Shown: piece by piece, positions 17,765 through 27,000 of the stretch | Layout: each line of letters starts with the position of its first letter | Numbering within the stretch: position 1 is the stretch's first letter | Source: a virus | Lineage: Duplodnaviria > Heunggongvirae > Uroviricota > Caudoviricetes | IMG/VR virus record: IMGVR_UViG_2529292719_000024 | DNA length: 37,654 bases | Strand: one strand, 5' to 3' | Made by a program: the position numbers and the translations under genes | The notes under the pieces: model-generated | The model's database searches: none | What the model saw: the letters and a program-made list of their open reading frames with translations, nothing else | What the model was told of the DNA's origin: nothing

Positions 17765-18880
17765 TTACAGGCAGCGTGCGACAGCAGCCTCATAGCTGAT
17801 GCCTTCTTTTTTGGACAGGGCCACTGCTTTCTGATGCAGGGCCAGACGCTCAGGATCGGCTTCCGCAAACTCTGCCACATCCACCTTCACCGTGTCGCCG
17901 ACACGCTCTTTTGTGGCCTGTTCGGCGAAATTCATCACCGGCTCCCCGTCGGAGAGCAATGAACGAAAGGCGGTGGCCAGCGGTGTGCGGCTTTCCCCCT
18001 CAGCAAACTCCACCGGCTTGTCGCCACCGGCGACGGCATCCAGCAGGGCAACCACCACGGAGGAGGCGCGGGGAGCCAGACGGCCCTCTGCGACCAGTTT
18101 TTCTGCAAAGGCCACATTGTCCTTATGCAGTTGCTCCTGTCTGACCTGTGCATCACGCGCATCGCGATCAGCAGCCTGCTGCTTCAGGCGGCGGTTCTCC
18201 TCCTGAAGGGTTTCAATCTCTTCTTTTGTCATCGATGATTCCTCGTTACTTGCGGAAGACGGCCCCGGGCCTGTCTCACTGAATTGTGCACCTGCTGCAT
18301 CCTGCGACAGTGTGTCGCGGTACGCCTCTTCGCGCAGATTGTTGAGCTGCCATTCCGGCAGGACTTTTTCTGCCTCGTCCAGACTGAAGCGGGCGATCAG
18401 AAAATCGCGCAGCTTTCCCCACAGGGAGGCATTCGTGATGGCCTGCCAGTCGGCGAACTCCACCACACCTTCTTCCTGCTCACTGAAGGACACCTGTTTC
18501 AGCCCCTTGATGGAAGGTGGCTGTGCCCCGAGAAAGCCCACATGGCGAAGGTAGAGCACGCCGGGCTTCGGATTGGACGGTGAATCCGGGAGGTAGAAAG
18601 AGGCGGACACTTTTTTGAATCGTCCGTCGGTGACCATCTCAGCAAACTGCGGGTCCAGCTGGGCAGGCTCTGCCATCAGATCGACGCCGCTGAGCGACAG
18701 GGCTTTCACCCAGCCCCACGCCGGGTCTTCCGTTCTGGGATGACCAATCACGAGTGGTGCTTCATGGACGGACGGGTCATAGGCTTTCACGCAGGCGGCA
18801 AGATCGTCTGGCGTGAACGGCAGTTTTTTGCCGTGCATATCGGTATGAGTACCGGCTTTAAAAATGTGAATGGCTGACAT
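17765..18880 (-). CDS. head maturation protease / scaffold (Mu I-like)
   Basis: 371 aa; N-terminal domain plus Ala/Glu/Gln-rich coiled-coil scaffold-like C-terminus; directly upstream of the capsid gene. Confidence 0.75.
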   Translation of the reverse strand: MSAIHIFKAGTHTDMHGKKLPFTPDDLAACVKAYDPSVHEAPLVIGHPRTEDPAWGWVKALSLSGVDLMAEPAQLDPQFAEMVTDGRFKKVSASFYLPDSPSNPKPGVLYLRHVGFLGAQPPSIKGLKQVSFSEQEEGVVEFADWQAITNASLWGKLRDFLIARFSLDEAEKVLPEWQLNNLREEAYRDTLSQDAAGAQFSETGPGPSSASNEESSMTKEEIETLQEENRRLKQQAADRDARDAQVRQEQLHKDNVAFAEKLVAEGRLAPRASSVVVALLDAVAGGDKPVEFAEGESRTPLATAFRSLLSDGEPVMNFAEQATKERVGDTVKVDVAEFAEADPERLALHQKAVALSKKEGISYEAAVARCL

Positions 18881-19094
18881 TTTGCTGTCCCGCGTTATGT
18901 TGTCGGAGACAGTTTGTGAGAAATGCAGGCCCGGCGATTTTAATCTGCTTTAGAAAACATCAGGGGAGAAGGACAGGGAAAGCAATGCGGTGAACCGGAG
19001 GCGGTTATAAAACAGAGGCTGTAAAGCCTTTATAAAGGTAATACAGCCCCTCATTCTCTGGCAATGATAAATCACCCGCCTGAAGAGAGAAAAC
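18881..19094 (-). promoter_or_regulatory. 214-bp intergenic region upstream of the protease/scaffold gene (candidate internal late promoter)
   Basis: The only sizeable non-coding gap in the head module, where Mu has its C-dependent PI promoter; contains a small hairpin AGGCT-GTAA-AGCCT (~19016-19029). Confidence 0.3.
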
Positions 19095-19553
19095 TCAGCG
19101 ACGGGCCGCTGATTCAAGATGGCGGACAATGGTATCGAGGATGGGGATTACCACTTCAGGCTGTAGTTCTCCATCCCCCGTCACCGGCAGGAACGGGCGG
19201 GCCGGAAGTTCAACAGACTCATTACGCCCCGTTTTACCCCCGAACTGGTGAATGGCACCGTAAACAACGTTGGTCCCCACAACAGCCTGCCGGTCGTCAT
19301 GGTCGGTTGATACTGACCCCATCAGACGCCCGGTATCCTGCAGTGTCTGCCCGTCACGTTCTTCCGCTGCCAGCGAGGGCATCCACCCCGGACGCCCCTC
19401 ATCAAGAAAGTTAAACTGTGTTTCCGCCAGCAGGGTTCCGGCGATTTTGCGCATCGCGGGCTCCAGGTCTGTGGCAGCAAGATCCAGCGCACGGAGGCTC
19501 CGGCGCAGGGATTTATCGTTAATGGTGATACTGACCAGGTTATCGGAAGCCAT
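19095..19553 (-). CDS. virion morphogenesis protein (Mu G-like)
   Basis: 152 aa downstream of the F-like gene. Confidence 0.65.
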   Translation of the reverse strand: MASDNLVSITINDKSLRRSLRALDLAATDLEPAMRKIAGTLLAETQFNFLDEGRPGWMPSLAAEERDGQTLQDTGRLMGSVSTDHDDRQAVVGTNVVYGAIHQFGGKTGRNESVELPARPFLPVTGDGELQPEVVIPILDTIVRHLESAARR

Positions 19554-19555
19554 TG

Positions 19556-20377
19556 TTATCCTCTCAGTTCCTGTTGTGCCAGTGGCTGAAGCGTACCCTG
19601 ATAGCGGGCCAGGTCGGGACGGTATGCTGCCCCCGGTGCATAAGACCAGCCGACGTCGGTGGTCACCTTCGTGGTGCCGGTATTAAAGGTGGCCACGTTC
19701 CGCATTTCGCCGGTTTTCTCTGAGACCAGTTTCAGTTCCTGGCCCATGGCAGAGCCGGAGCTGATAACCTTCAGGCCACGGGCACGTACATCCGCCGCAC
19801 TCAGGGCAATCACACTACAGCGGCAGCGCCAGCCGTTCGGCGGGTAAAATGCCTGCCAGAACGGGTCATCCCAGCGCAGCACCAGACCATGCAGCGCCAG
19901 ATGGCTCCTGCGGGTATGGCTGTCGTTGATGCCGGTATACATCCAGTACGGCCTGTCGTCGACGTTTTCCATCTGTTCCGCCCAACGACCGGCGCTGTAG
20001 AGTACGGACATATTGGTGCGAAAGATGGTATCGAGCCGCCACGGACTGCCCTGCTGAATGGTGACCGGCTCACCCGTTACCGGGTCAGTCGTGTCACGTG
20101 GTCCCCACCATCCCTTACGCTTCAGCACCGGCTCCAGCTCCTGCCGGAACCAGCGATCGGTTTTTCCTTCATCGACAGCCTGCTGCAGTGCCCCGCGAAT
20201 ATCTTCCAGGATATCCAGGCGGGTCACTTTAGCAACGGTAAAGGCGCGGGCATGGGCCTCCTGCCACATTTCTTCCCAGTCCCAGGTAATCTGATACCCT
20301 TTGGACTTCAGGTAGTTGATTGCCCGCTTCGGGGGAAGCGTCATGCAGTACGCCAGTTCAGCCGTTGTCACGCTCAT
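19556..20377 (-). CDS. minor head protein (Mu F-like)
   Basis: 273 aa directly after the portal gene, as in Mu-type head modules. Confidence 0.75.
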   Translation of the reverse strand: MSVTTAELAYCMTLPPKRAINYLKSKGYQITWDWEEMWQEAHARAFTVAKVTRLDILEDIRGALQQAVDEGKTDRWFRQELEPVLKRKGWWGPRDTTDPVTGEPVTIQQGSPWRLDTIFRTNMSVLYSAGRWAEQMENVDDRPYWMYTGINDSHTRRSHLALHGLVLRWDDPFWQAFYPPNGWRCRCSVIALSAADVRARGLKVISSGSAMGQELKLVSEKTGEMRNVATFNTGTTKVTTDVGWSYAPGAAYRPDLARYQGTLQPLAQQELRG

Positions 20378-21854
20378 GCAGACGCCCCCAGATATTTGTC
20401 ACAAAGAGAATGCGGGCCAGCCGCTCCTGCAGATCGTCCGTGTTCATCTGAGGGTAGAGCTCCGCCAGTTCGCCCAGCAGCTCAGACGGGTTAACCCCAT
20501 TTTCGACCCGCCTGAACAGAGGTGCCAGGACGGGTTCCAGCGTGCCATTTAACGCGCCTCCGTTCATCAGAATGTCCAGCGCGTCGTCAAGCTGCTGCTG
20601 AGCCTGAATATCAGCATCAATCGCCTCGGCAAATGACAGCGGCAGCATGTTATTCTGGCGTTCCGACGGTGGTGTCTCGTCAATATCGCCGTCCTGCAGT
20701 TGGTACTCACGCCTGAAGTACTGCGGGGTCAGACGCAGACCCGCCCGGGTGAGTTTTTCGTCGCGGGTGGCACGGGTGTCATCAATGGCCTCCTGTTCCC
20801 ACATGGCCCAGACCGGACACGGCACATCGCCGAAGTTCAGGGTGACCACCGTTCTGATGACCTGATTCACTGCCGCCTGAATGATGTCCGCATCCGCATC
20901 GCGGATATCAGCCGTTACCTCCAGCCCGGCCTGTGCAGAGGCCTTGTTACTGTTCGCTTCCGTGGTCTGATTCTGACCGAGTAATGCAATGGAGATCTCA
21001 CTGCGTGACAGTGTGATCAGCTCGCGAAATACCTCGCTGCTGTCTGCCTTGCCATCCGCTGCCCTGAGCTCAATACTGCTGTCATCGGGGATGGCGGCCA
21101 CCGCGTCCTCCACCATCTGCTCCATGGAGTCCAGCAGTTTTTCAATCTCTGCATCATTTGCGCCCCTCGGGTGCTTACCGATCACCCACGGGGAGCCAAA
21201 CTTTTCGGCAAAGCGGAGCCAGAATTTCATCCCGCCTTTCTTGAAGGCGACCGGCCAGAAGCACATGGACAGGTCCGGGAAACCGTAAGGATTGTCATAC
21301 GAGGCATCCTGTGCCGGCACCACGAATTTTGACGGTGACAGCAGCTCACCCTCCACACCCGCATCACGCGCCCGGAAGCGCAGGCAGTTGTCCGTATCAA
21401 ACTGAAACCACTCAGGCGGTTTGCCGACAATATCCGTCACCGCCCACGACCTGACCGAACGGCCCCACATGATTTCACAGGGCTGATACCCGTAGAGCAC
21501 GGCATCGCTCATTTCACCGATGATGCGGGACAGATCCAGATCGTCGAGCATGTCGCGGATGAAACGGAAGACCCGGGCAGAGGCGTGACCACGCTCCAGT
21601 CCACGCTCCAGCGATTTGAGCGCTGCTTTACGTCTGCGGATACAGCCCCCGACCAGCGGGTCGGTGCGCAGTTCGCGGTAGATATGGATATCCCGTCCCT
21701 GAGCCTTGAGAATGGGATCAGGATTGGGCAGATACATGCCCAGTCCGTAAAAGTCGATCGCGCGGCTGCGGGAGGCAATCTGCGCGGTCAGTGATTTCTG
21801 AGGCTCAGAAAAAGCAACAAATTCATCGGGTGAAACCCAGATACCCCTCGCCAT
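20358..21854 (-). CDS. portal protein (Mu gp29-like)
   Basis: 498 aa; start overlaps the terminase stop (TGATG). Confidence 0.85.
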   Translation of the reverse strand: MARGIWVSPDEFVAFSEPQKSLTAQIASRSRAIDFYGLGMYLPNPDPILKAQGRDIHIYRELRTDPLVGGCIRRRKAALKSLERGLERGHASARVFRFIRDMLDDLDLSRIIGEMSDAVLYGYQPCEIMWGRSVRSWAVTDIVGKPPEWFQFDTDNCLRFRARDAGVEGELLSPSKFVVPAQDASYDNPYGFPDLSMCFWPVAFKKGGMKFWLRFAEKFGSPWVIGKHPRGANDAEIEKLLDSMEQMVEDAVAAIPDDSSIELRAADGKADSSEVFRELITLSRSEISIALLGQNQTTEANSNKASAQAGLEVTADIRDADADIIQAAVNQVIRTVVTLNFGDVPCPVWAMWEQEAIDDTRATRDEKLTRAGLRLTPQYFRREYQLQDGDIDETPPSERQNNMLPLSFAEAIDADIQAQQQLDDALDILMNGGALNGTLEPVLAPLFRRVENGVNPSELLGELAELYPQMNTDDLQERLARILFVTNIWGRLHERDNG

Positions 21855-23449
21855 CAGAATCCCTCCAGCATACGGGCCGCCTGACGACGACGGCGTGAGC
21901 TTGCCTTCACCGGCCCTTTGTTAATTTCACGGCTGGCGAAATACGCCAGCGCCAGTGCGATGGCTGAATCCCCGTGGCGTTTACCACCGTCAGCCTTTGC
22001 TTTTGAGCGTTGCTCCGGTACGCGGGGGACACCGTTCACCACCTGAACGGCCCGCAGGTCATCCAGTGTGTCTTCATCCTTTGGTAAGTCCACCAGGTTA
22101 CCGTCTTCCAGTGCAGCTTTGACCGGAGGCATATGCTCCCGGTACCAGCCTTCGGTTGGCATCACCTGCTGAACCCGGCTGGAGCCGTAGCGCTGCATGG
22201 CGTATTCAGCCAGATAGGCACCATTACCACGGGCATCAAACGCTGCACCCAGCAGACCGGGCAGGCCATCCATCAGATACCAGGTGATTTGCTCCTGCTG
22301 TCTGAACGGCACGTTACGCAGCTCCAGTACGAATGGCACGCGTCGTACCAGGTTCTTCTCCTGCAGCAGGGGATAGTCCACCGACAAATCACCGCTACGG
22401 CCAAAGTCGCGCCCCAGGAAAGAGCGGGCATCAGTGGGGAGTGCCTCCAGCAAGGGTTTCAGATACTCATCAAGCCAGTCCTGCGTCTCGCGGAAGCGAA
22501 CCTCATCAGACAGCAGTTCATAACCTTCCTTGCAGGTCAGACGCAATACCGGCGTATCAGCGGACATGCGGGACTCTATCAGGGCACGGGACAGCCAGGC
22601 ACCGCCACCGTTGGCCGGAATACAGTCAAGCTCTTCGGATGCGCCGGCACCGTAGAATTTGTACACCGATGCCATCCAGGCCTGCTCGGATGCCTCCGAC
22701 CATTCCTTCCCGGTGCGCAGACAGACGCGCCGGAACAGCCCCTCAGATACGGCTTCCCGGAAAGTGATGCGATGTATGCTGCCTCCCTGACGTCCGGCAC
22801 GGATATCCCCGATAAGCGTATTGAACGGATTGTCGTCACCGTCATGGGTGGAGATAACGCGTACCTTTCCCCCCCAGATAAGCATCGCCAGCGCCGCTTT
22901 CAGCAGTTCGTCCAGTTGCTCATGGAACGCCGCTTCGTCGATAACAATAATACCCTGACGGCCACGCAGGTTAGACGGGCGGCTGGAGAGCGCAACAATA
23001 CGAAAGCCGGAGTCAGGAAATTTGATGGTGTAAGTCTTGATGTGTTTGTCGTCGTCGTCCTCTTCCCAGAATCCTTCTTCAATTTCACTGGCCGCATAGT
23101 TGAATGCCCGTGCCCACATCGCACACGCCTGAATGTATTCGACGGTCATGTCCTGGTTATAAGCGATGTAATACACATTCATCCCGCCTGCTGGCGCAGA
23201 AGAGGCGGCGGTCAGTACGTTATCGGATGCCTCAGCCCATGTAATACCGGTACGACGGCTCTTTTCTATCACCTTAAGCGGAGAGGTGTCTGCCACCCAG
23301 CGCTGCTGGTAAGGCAACAGAACGGGAGGGGCATCCAGCGCCGAGGTATCAGGCAAAACGGGAGCAAGGTTATTCCTCCCGTCCATGGGACTCATCCCTT
23401 CGGGGCCGCCGCCAGCGGCGTTTAAAATCACTCCGGATGATTTTGTCAT
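21854..23449 (-). CDS. terminase large subunit (Mu gp28-like)
   Basis: 531 aa; start overlaps the upstream small-subunit gene by 4 nt; followed by the portal gene. Confidence 0.85.
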   Translation of the reverse strand: MTKSSGVILNAAGGGPEGMSPMDGRNNLAPVLPDTSALDAPPVLLPYQQRWVADTSPLKVIEKSRRTGITWAEASDNVLTAASSAPAGGMNVYYIAYNQDMTVEYIQACAMWARAFNYAASEIEEGFWEEDDDDKHIKTYTIKFPDSGFRIVALSSRPSNLRGRQGIIVIDEAAFHEQLDELLKAALAMLIWGGKVRVISTHDGDDNPFNTLIGDIRAGRQGGSIHRITFREAVSEGLFRRVCLRTGKEWSEASEQAWMASVYKFYGAGASEELDCIPANGGGAWLSRALIESRMSADTPVLRLTCKEGYELLSDEVRFRETQDWLDEYLKPLLEALPTDARSFLGRDFGRSGDLSVDYPLLQEKNLVRRVPFVLELRNVPFRQQEQITWYLMDGLPGLLGAAFDARGNGAYLAEYAMQRYGSSRVQQVMPTEGWYREHMPPVKAALEDGNLVDLPKDEDTLDDLRAVQVVNGVPRVPEQRSKAKADGGKRHGDSAIALALAYFASREINKGPVKASSRRRRQAARMLEGF

Positions 23450-23991
23450 GTGGCAATCCCCAGAATCTCGCGACGAAGCGCCTGTACTGCGTCGCTTGAC
23501 AGTCCCCCCTTACGGGCAATTTTCTCGGCGTTGCTGGCTGCCTGCTGCGCTCTGGCCCGTACTTCAGACTGGAACTTTTTGAGGTTGACGGACGCGCGGG
23601 ACAGCGTAGCCACATTCTTCGCCACCTTCGACAGCAGGGCCACGCGTTCTTTAGGATCGACTTCGCCTTCTTCCGCCTCCTGCAACTGGACAATACTCTC
23701 GAACAGCTCGGTCTGAATAAGGGCTATCACAGCCTCCGAACGCGCATCCTGATCGTCTGCTGCGCCTTCGGTCAGCATGCGGGCCGCTTCTGTTGCCGCA
23801 CGGATAGCACCATAGCGGCGCTCAATCTTCTGTCCATAGCGATGGATAGCGGATTTGCTGATGACGTACCCCCGCTCACGCAGCAGGGACTCCAGCTCGT
23901 TATACCCGCTGAAGCCGGATTCAGTCAGCGCCCGTTCAAGCCAGCGGCGCACGTCTTCCGGCAGCTTTTCTATTGTGCTGCGTCTGGCCAT
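23446..23991 (-). CDS. putative terminase small subunit (Mu gp27-like)
   Basis: 181-aa basic/helical protein immediately upstream of the large terminase. Confidence 0.55.
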   Translation of the reverse strand: MARRSTIEKLPEDVRRWLERALTESGFSGYNELESLLRERGYVISKSAIHRYGQKIERRYGAIRAATEAARMLTEGAADDQDARSEAVIALIQTELFESIVQLQEAEEGEVDPKERVALLSKVAKNVATLSRASVNLKKFQSEVRARAQQAASNAEKIARKGGLSSDAVQALRREILGIAT

Positions 23992-24302
23992 TATTCACTC
24001 CAGTACTTTTCCGGGCGGGCAATACCCGGACCACATTCCACGGTGTATTCCACCAGGTCTACGCCGAGGCGGGTCAGGTCAGCAAACCAGTCGCCAGAAG
24101 GTTTTTTCTCCAGATCAACCATTTTACGGTCAGCCAGATAATCCAGTTCGCGGCGCAGTTCCAGCGGTGTGGTGTCCGGGTAGATGGCACGGGACACATC
24201 CAGCAGCAGCGTCTCGCTGGCGGTGTAAGGGCGGGTCTTGTTCAGGGCAACCAGCAGACTCCAGCGCAGGGATTCGCGGCGTACCCGGGTAATATCGACC
24301 AT
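23991..24302 (-). CDS. hypothetical protein
   Basis: 103-aa ORF translationally coupled between the lysis cassette and terminase genes. Confidence 0.45.
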   Translation of the reverse strand: MVDITRVRRESLRWSLLVALNKTRPYTASETLLLDVSRAIYPDTTPLELRRELDYLADRKMVDLEKKPSGDWFADLTRLGVDLVEYTVECGPGIARPEKYWSE

Positions 24303-24628
24303 TATTGACCTCCGGTATTGCGGTACTGCTGTACCACTTCCAGTTTGTTATAAAGCGCGTCCAGTTTGGCCTCAATGACTGTCTGGCCACGGATATAATC
24401 CTCTCGACGGACATAATTCAGCGGTAAATCCGCTTTAAATCGCATAAATTCTTTTTCCAGCTCGCCCCAGTTGGAGGCGGATTGTTGCAGGGCCTGTTCA
24501 AGGGAGGCGAATCGTGCCGCCTGGCGTTCTTCTGTTTTACTGAACAACCATTTGGCGAGCCCTCCCACAAACCCCATGAAGGTGAGCAGAAAACTCACCA
24601 CCGTCCAGAATTCAACCTGCAGTGTCAT
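24302..24628 (-). CDS. membrane-anchored coiled-coil protein (lysis-associated?)
   Basis: 108 aa; N-terminal hydrophobic segment WTVVSFLLTFMGFVGGLAKWLF then coiled coil; directly downstream of the spanin gene. Confidence 0.45.
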   Translation of the reverse strand: MTLQVEFWTVVSFLLTFMGFVGGLAKWLFSKTEERQAARFASLEQALQQSASNWGELEKEFMRFKADLPLNYVRREDYIRGQTVIEAKLDALYNKLEVVQQYRNTGGQ

Positions 24629-25277
24629 TTCTGTAATCCTTCCCGTTCATCCAGTAACGCGTTTATCTGGTTCCGCCAGCGACGACATTGTCCTGCGTTG
24701 TCGATGATGTTGGCGAGAACGTCACGCTGGGAGACACCCGAATCGCGTAACCGGGTGTCAGTGGTTTCAGGTTGCCCGGTCGCTGTGCCAGAGCGGGTGC
24801 CAGCGGCGGCAACTGAGTCTGAATGACCGGTGTCGACGGATGCGTTGTCATATCCGAGTGCGGCGTTGTACTGGCGCACGAAACCGCGAGTAAACACGCA
24901 CTCAATGGGATGGCTCTTACCTTTTTCATCAATCCAGCGCTGTGTGACATCGTTAATTTGCCCCTGTAGTTGTTTATTCCGGCTCTCCAGTTGAGCAATC
25001 TGCTCAAGATAACCGGCTTCAGCCCGCTGCCCGGCGGCCACCTGCTCCTGATACCGTCTGGCCCAGGCCCGCAGCGCAGCATTCTCAAGCGTTGCCTGCT
25101 CCGTTTTGTACGCGTCAAATGCTGACTGCAACTGACTGAGCGCGGTATCACCGTCACGCTTTGCAGAGTCATGACCACTTCTGTATCCCATGGCATACAG
25201 GCCGACCAGAAAGGCATTGATAAGAATGGCCAGCAGAATGCCGCGCCACGGCAGCTTTTTAATCAGATGCCACACAA
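24625..25277 (-). CDS. i-spanin (Rz-like)
   Basis: Start refined to GTG at 25277, preceded by GGAGG ~8 nt upstream; N-terminal membrane helix GILLAILINAFLVGLYAMG then a long periplasmic coiled coil. Confidence 0.55.
24663..24929 (-). CDS. o-spanin (Rz1-like lipoprotein), embedded in the i-spanin gene
   Basis: Alternative-frame ORF wholly inside the i-spanin gene, starting MKKVRAIPLSACLLAVSCASTT (signal peptide plus lipobox-like AVSC), proline-rich body. Confidence 0.45.
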   Translation of the reverse strand: MKKVRAIPLSACLLAVSCASTTPHSDMTTHPSTPVIQTQLPPLAPALAQRPGNLKPLTPGYAIRVSPSVTFSPTSSTTQDNVVAGGTR

Positions 25278-25999
25278 CTGCTGCCTCCCCATGTGAGATA
25301 TCGCGGTGCCAGTTCGCGCAGGATGCGCTGCGGATAATGGCGGTTCTCCCGCCAGCTGGCCGCATTGCGTCCGGCATTCACCGTCGCGACATGTCCGAAC
25401 CAGCGGGTGCTGTCCAGACCTTTCTGTGATGCAAGCCGCCTGTCCCGTTGTACCCAGCCCAGACCACCGTTATAGCCCGACAGTGTCATGGCCATACGCT
25501 CGCAGTCACTGGCGGCGCTGACACGCTGCCACAGCCAGCGGTCATAGCTGACCAGCGCCCGGATAGCCCATGCCGGATTAAACGGCTCACGACTGCTCAG
25601 CATCGGTATCAACTGGCTTATCCAGTCGGCAGTGGCAGGCATGAACTGCGCCAGTCCCTGAGCGCCAGCCGGCGAGATCGCATCAGGTCGCCAGCCGCTT
25701 TCCTGATGCAGTTGCGCGGCGAAATCGGCCACCGGCGCAGACAGTCCCCATTCAAGCCGGGCATTACGGATCACATCATCGCGATACTGCAGCGCAGCCT
25801 GCGGAGGTTGTGCTGCGCATGCCTGGCTGAAAAAGCCGCCACACCAGAGCAACATTGCGACAAAGAATACCCATGCCATATGAACCAGAAAGGTCCCGGC
25901 GCGGACTGACAGGCGTTCGGTTCTGATGAAGACCCGAAAGGCTTCGAAAGCCAGTTTCAGGGACATGCATACAATCCAGGTGATCTGCGGCCAGTTCAT
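25259..25999 (-). CDS. endolysin, lytic transglycosylase type (probably signal-anchor-release)
   Basis: Transglycosylase-like motif ESGWRPDAISPAGAQGLAQFMP; N-terminal hydrophobic Gly-rich segment MAWVFFVAMLLWCGGFF; true start may be internal (ATG at 25879). Confidence 0.75.
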   Translation of the reverse strand: MNWPQITWIVCMSLKLAFEAFRVFIRTERLSVRAGTFLVHMAWVFFVAMLLWCGGFFSQACAAQPPQAALQYRDDVIRNARLEWGLSAPVADFAAQLHQESGWRPDAISPAGAQGLAQFMPATADWISQLIPMLSSREPFNPAWAIRALVSYDRWLWQRVSAASDCERMAMTLSGYNGGLGWVQRDRRLASQKGLDSTRWFGHVATVNAGRNAASWRENRHYPQRILRELAPRYLTWGGSSCVASD

Positions 26000-26001
26000 G
26001 A

Positions 26002-26352
26002 TTAAAGCCCCATCGCAACAGCCAGGCAGACCGCTGCAACAATCAGTGCACGGCGGATTAACGCAGCAGAAAACACCAGGTGAAGGCCGGTCTGTACCGG
26101 GAAACGCCCTTCAGCCATCAGCCTGTCGTCATGTTTCAGGTACTGACCGGGACGGGCTTTGGGGAAGAGCGAACGGTCAAGCCAGTAACCCAGCACTGCT
26201 GCCAGCGTGATGAGTGCCAGCTTGTAGATCACAACAGGCAGCTGCTGTGGTGAGACCAGAGCGATGGTGCCCAGCAACAGCACTGAGGTCAGCAGCCAGC
26301 CGCTGAGGCGAGGTTTTTTAACAGGGGGAATGAATTTTTTCAGGTTTTTCAT
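26002..26352 (-). CDS. putative holin / small three-helix membrane protein
   Basis: Start refined to MKNLKKF (GAGGA upstream); three hydrophobic helices; directly upstream of the endolysin gene with 3 bp between. Confidence 0.4.
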   Translation of the reverse strand: MKNLKKFIPPVKKPRLSGWLLTSVLLLGTIALVSPQQLPVVIYKLALITLAAVLGYWLDRSLFPKARPGQYLKHDDRLMAEGRFPVQTGLHLVFSAALIRRALIVAAVCLAVAMGL

Positions 26353-26482
26353 GTGTGTATCCTCGTTTGGTGGAGACAGCATCACAAATACAGGGCGCAA
26401 AGGATTTTAAAGCGCGTTAAGAGAGCCGGGGATACGGGATGTGCAGGATAAACGATGAATTATTCACAGAGGAGAATACGAT
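26353..26482. promoter_or_regulatory. divergent intergenic region: candidate late-operon promoter and promoter of the P-loop gene
   Basis: 130-bp non-coding gap between divergently oriented genes; no consensus sigma-70 hexamers could be assigned confidently. Confidence 0.3.
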
Positions 26483-26959
26483 ATGACGCACACACTGAAT
26501 CCGGTCATCACTGTCACTGTGTCCGGTCCTGTGGGCAGCGGTAAAAGTTACGTACTGGCGCGGATAGAAGAGATGGTGAAACAGGAACTCGGAAACAGCG
26601 TCATTGTCGATGCTGCTGACGTGGAGAATGAGCGCCGTATGAATGGCGAAGATCTGACGACCTGGCAGAAGCCACGGGGTGGCACAGTGATCAGGCTAGA
26701 GGAATACACGGGACAGGGCCTGTTGTCATACGGCGAGGAGCGTATCTGTCGGACGAATGAGCTGCTGGATGTTATATGCCCCACGGGCCGGCAACCCTGG
26801 ATACTGCCCGATGCACTGCATGCCACCATTGCGGCACTGATGACAGTTTACGATCAGGAGCTGCTCATGAAGGAGTTACGTAAACTCACCGGTCAGCCAA
26901 CAGAATGTTGTTCGTCTCCGAAGTACGGCAAACAGGAAAACGCCCCGGATAATCCTTAA
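26483..26959 (+). CDS. small P-loop NTPase / kinase-like protein, uncharacterised
   Basis: 158 aa; Walker A motif VSGPVGSGKSYVL at residues 13-25; GAGGAG ribosome-binding site 8 nt upstream of the ATG; oriented against all neighbouring phage genes. Confidence 0.6.
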   Translation: MTHTLNPVITVTVSGPVGSGKSYVLARIEEMVKQELGNSVIVDAADVENERRMNGEDLTTWQKPRGGTVIRLEEYTGQGLLSYGEERICRTNELLDVICPTGRQPWILPDALHATIAALMTVYDQELLMKELRKLTGQPTECCSSPKYGKQENAPDNP

Positions 26960-26974
26960 GATACCTCCTGAACA

Positions 26975-27000
26975 GAAACAGCCCTGAAGGGCTGCACTAA
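26975..27000. terminator. bidirectional hairpin terminator between convergent genes
   Basis: Perfect stem-loop CAGCCC-TGAA-GGGCTG (26979-26994); on the minus-strand transcript it is followed by UUUCUGUUC; it sits between the P-loop gene stop (26959) and the minus-strand gene stop (26997). Confidence 0.5.

Noticed and set aside
22133-23425. 430-aa plus-strand ORF antisense to the large terminase
   Set aside because: A long open antisense frame is common in GC-rich coding DNA; the translation is Arg/Gly/Pro-rich and low-complexity, and the sense gene is well supported and translationally coupled to its neighbours.
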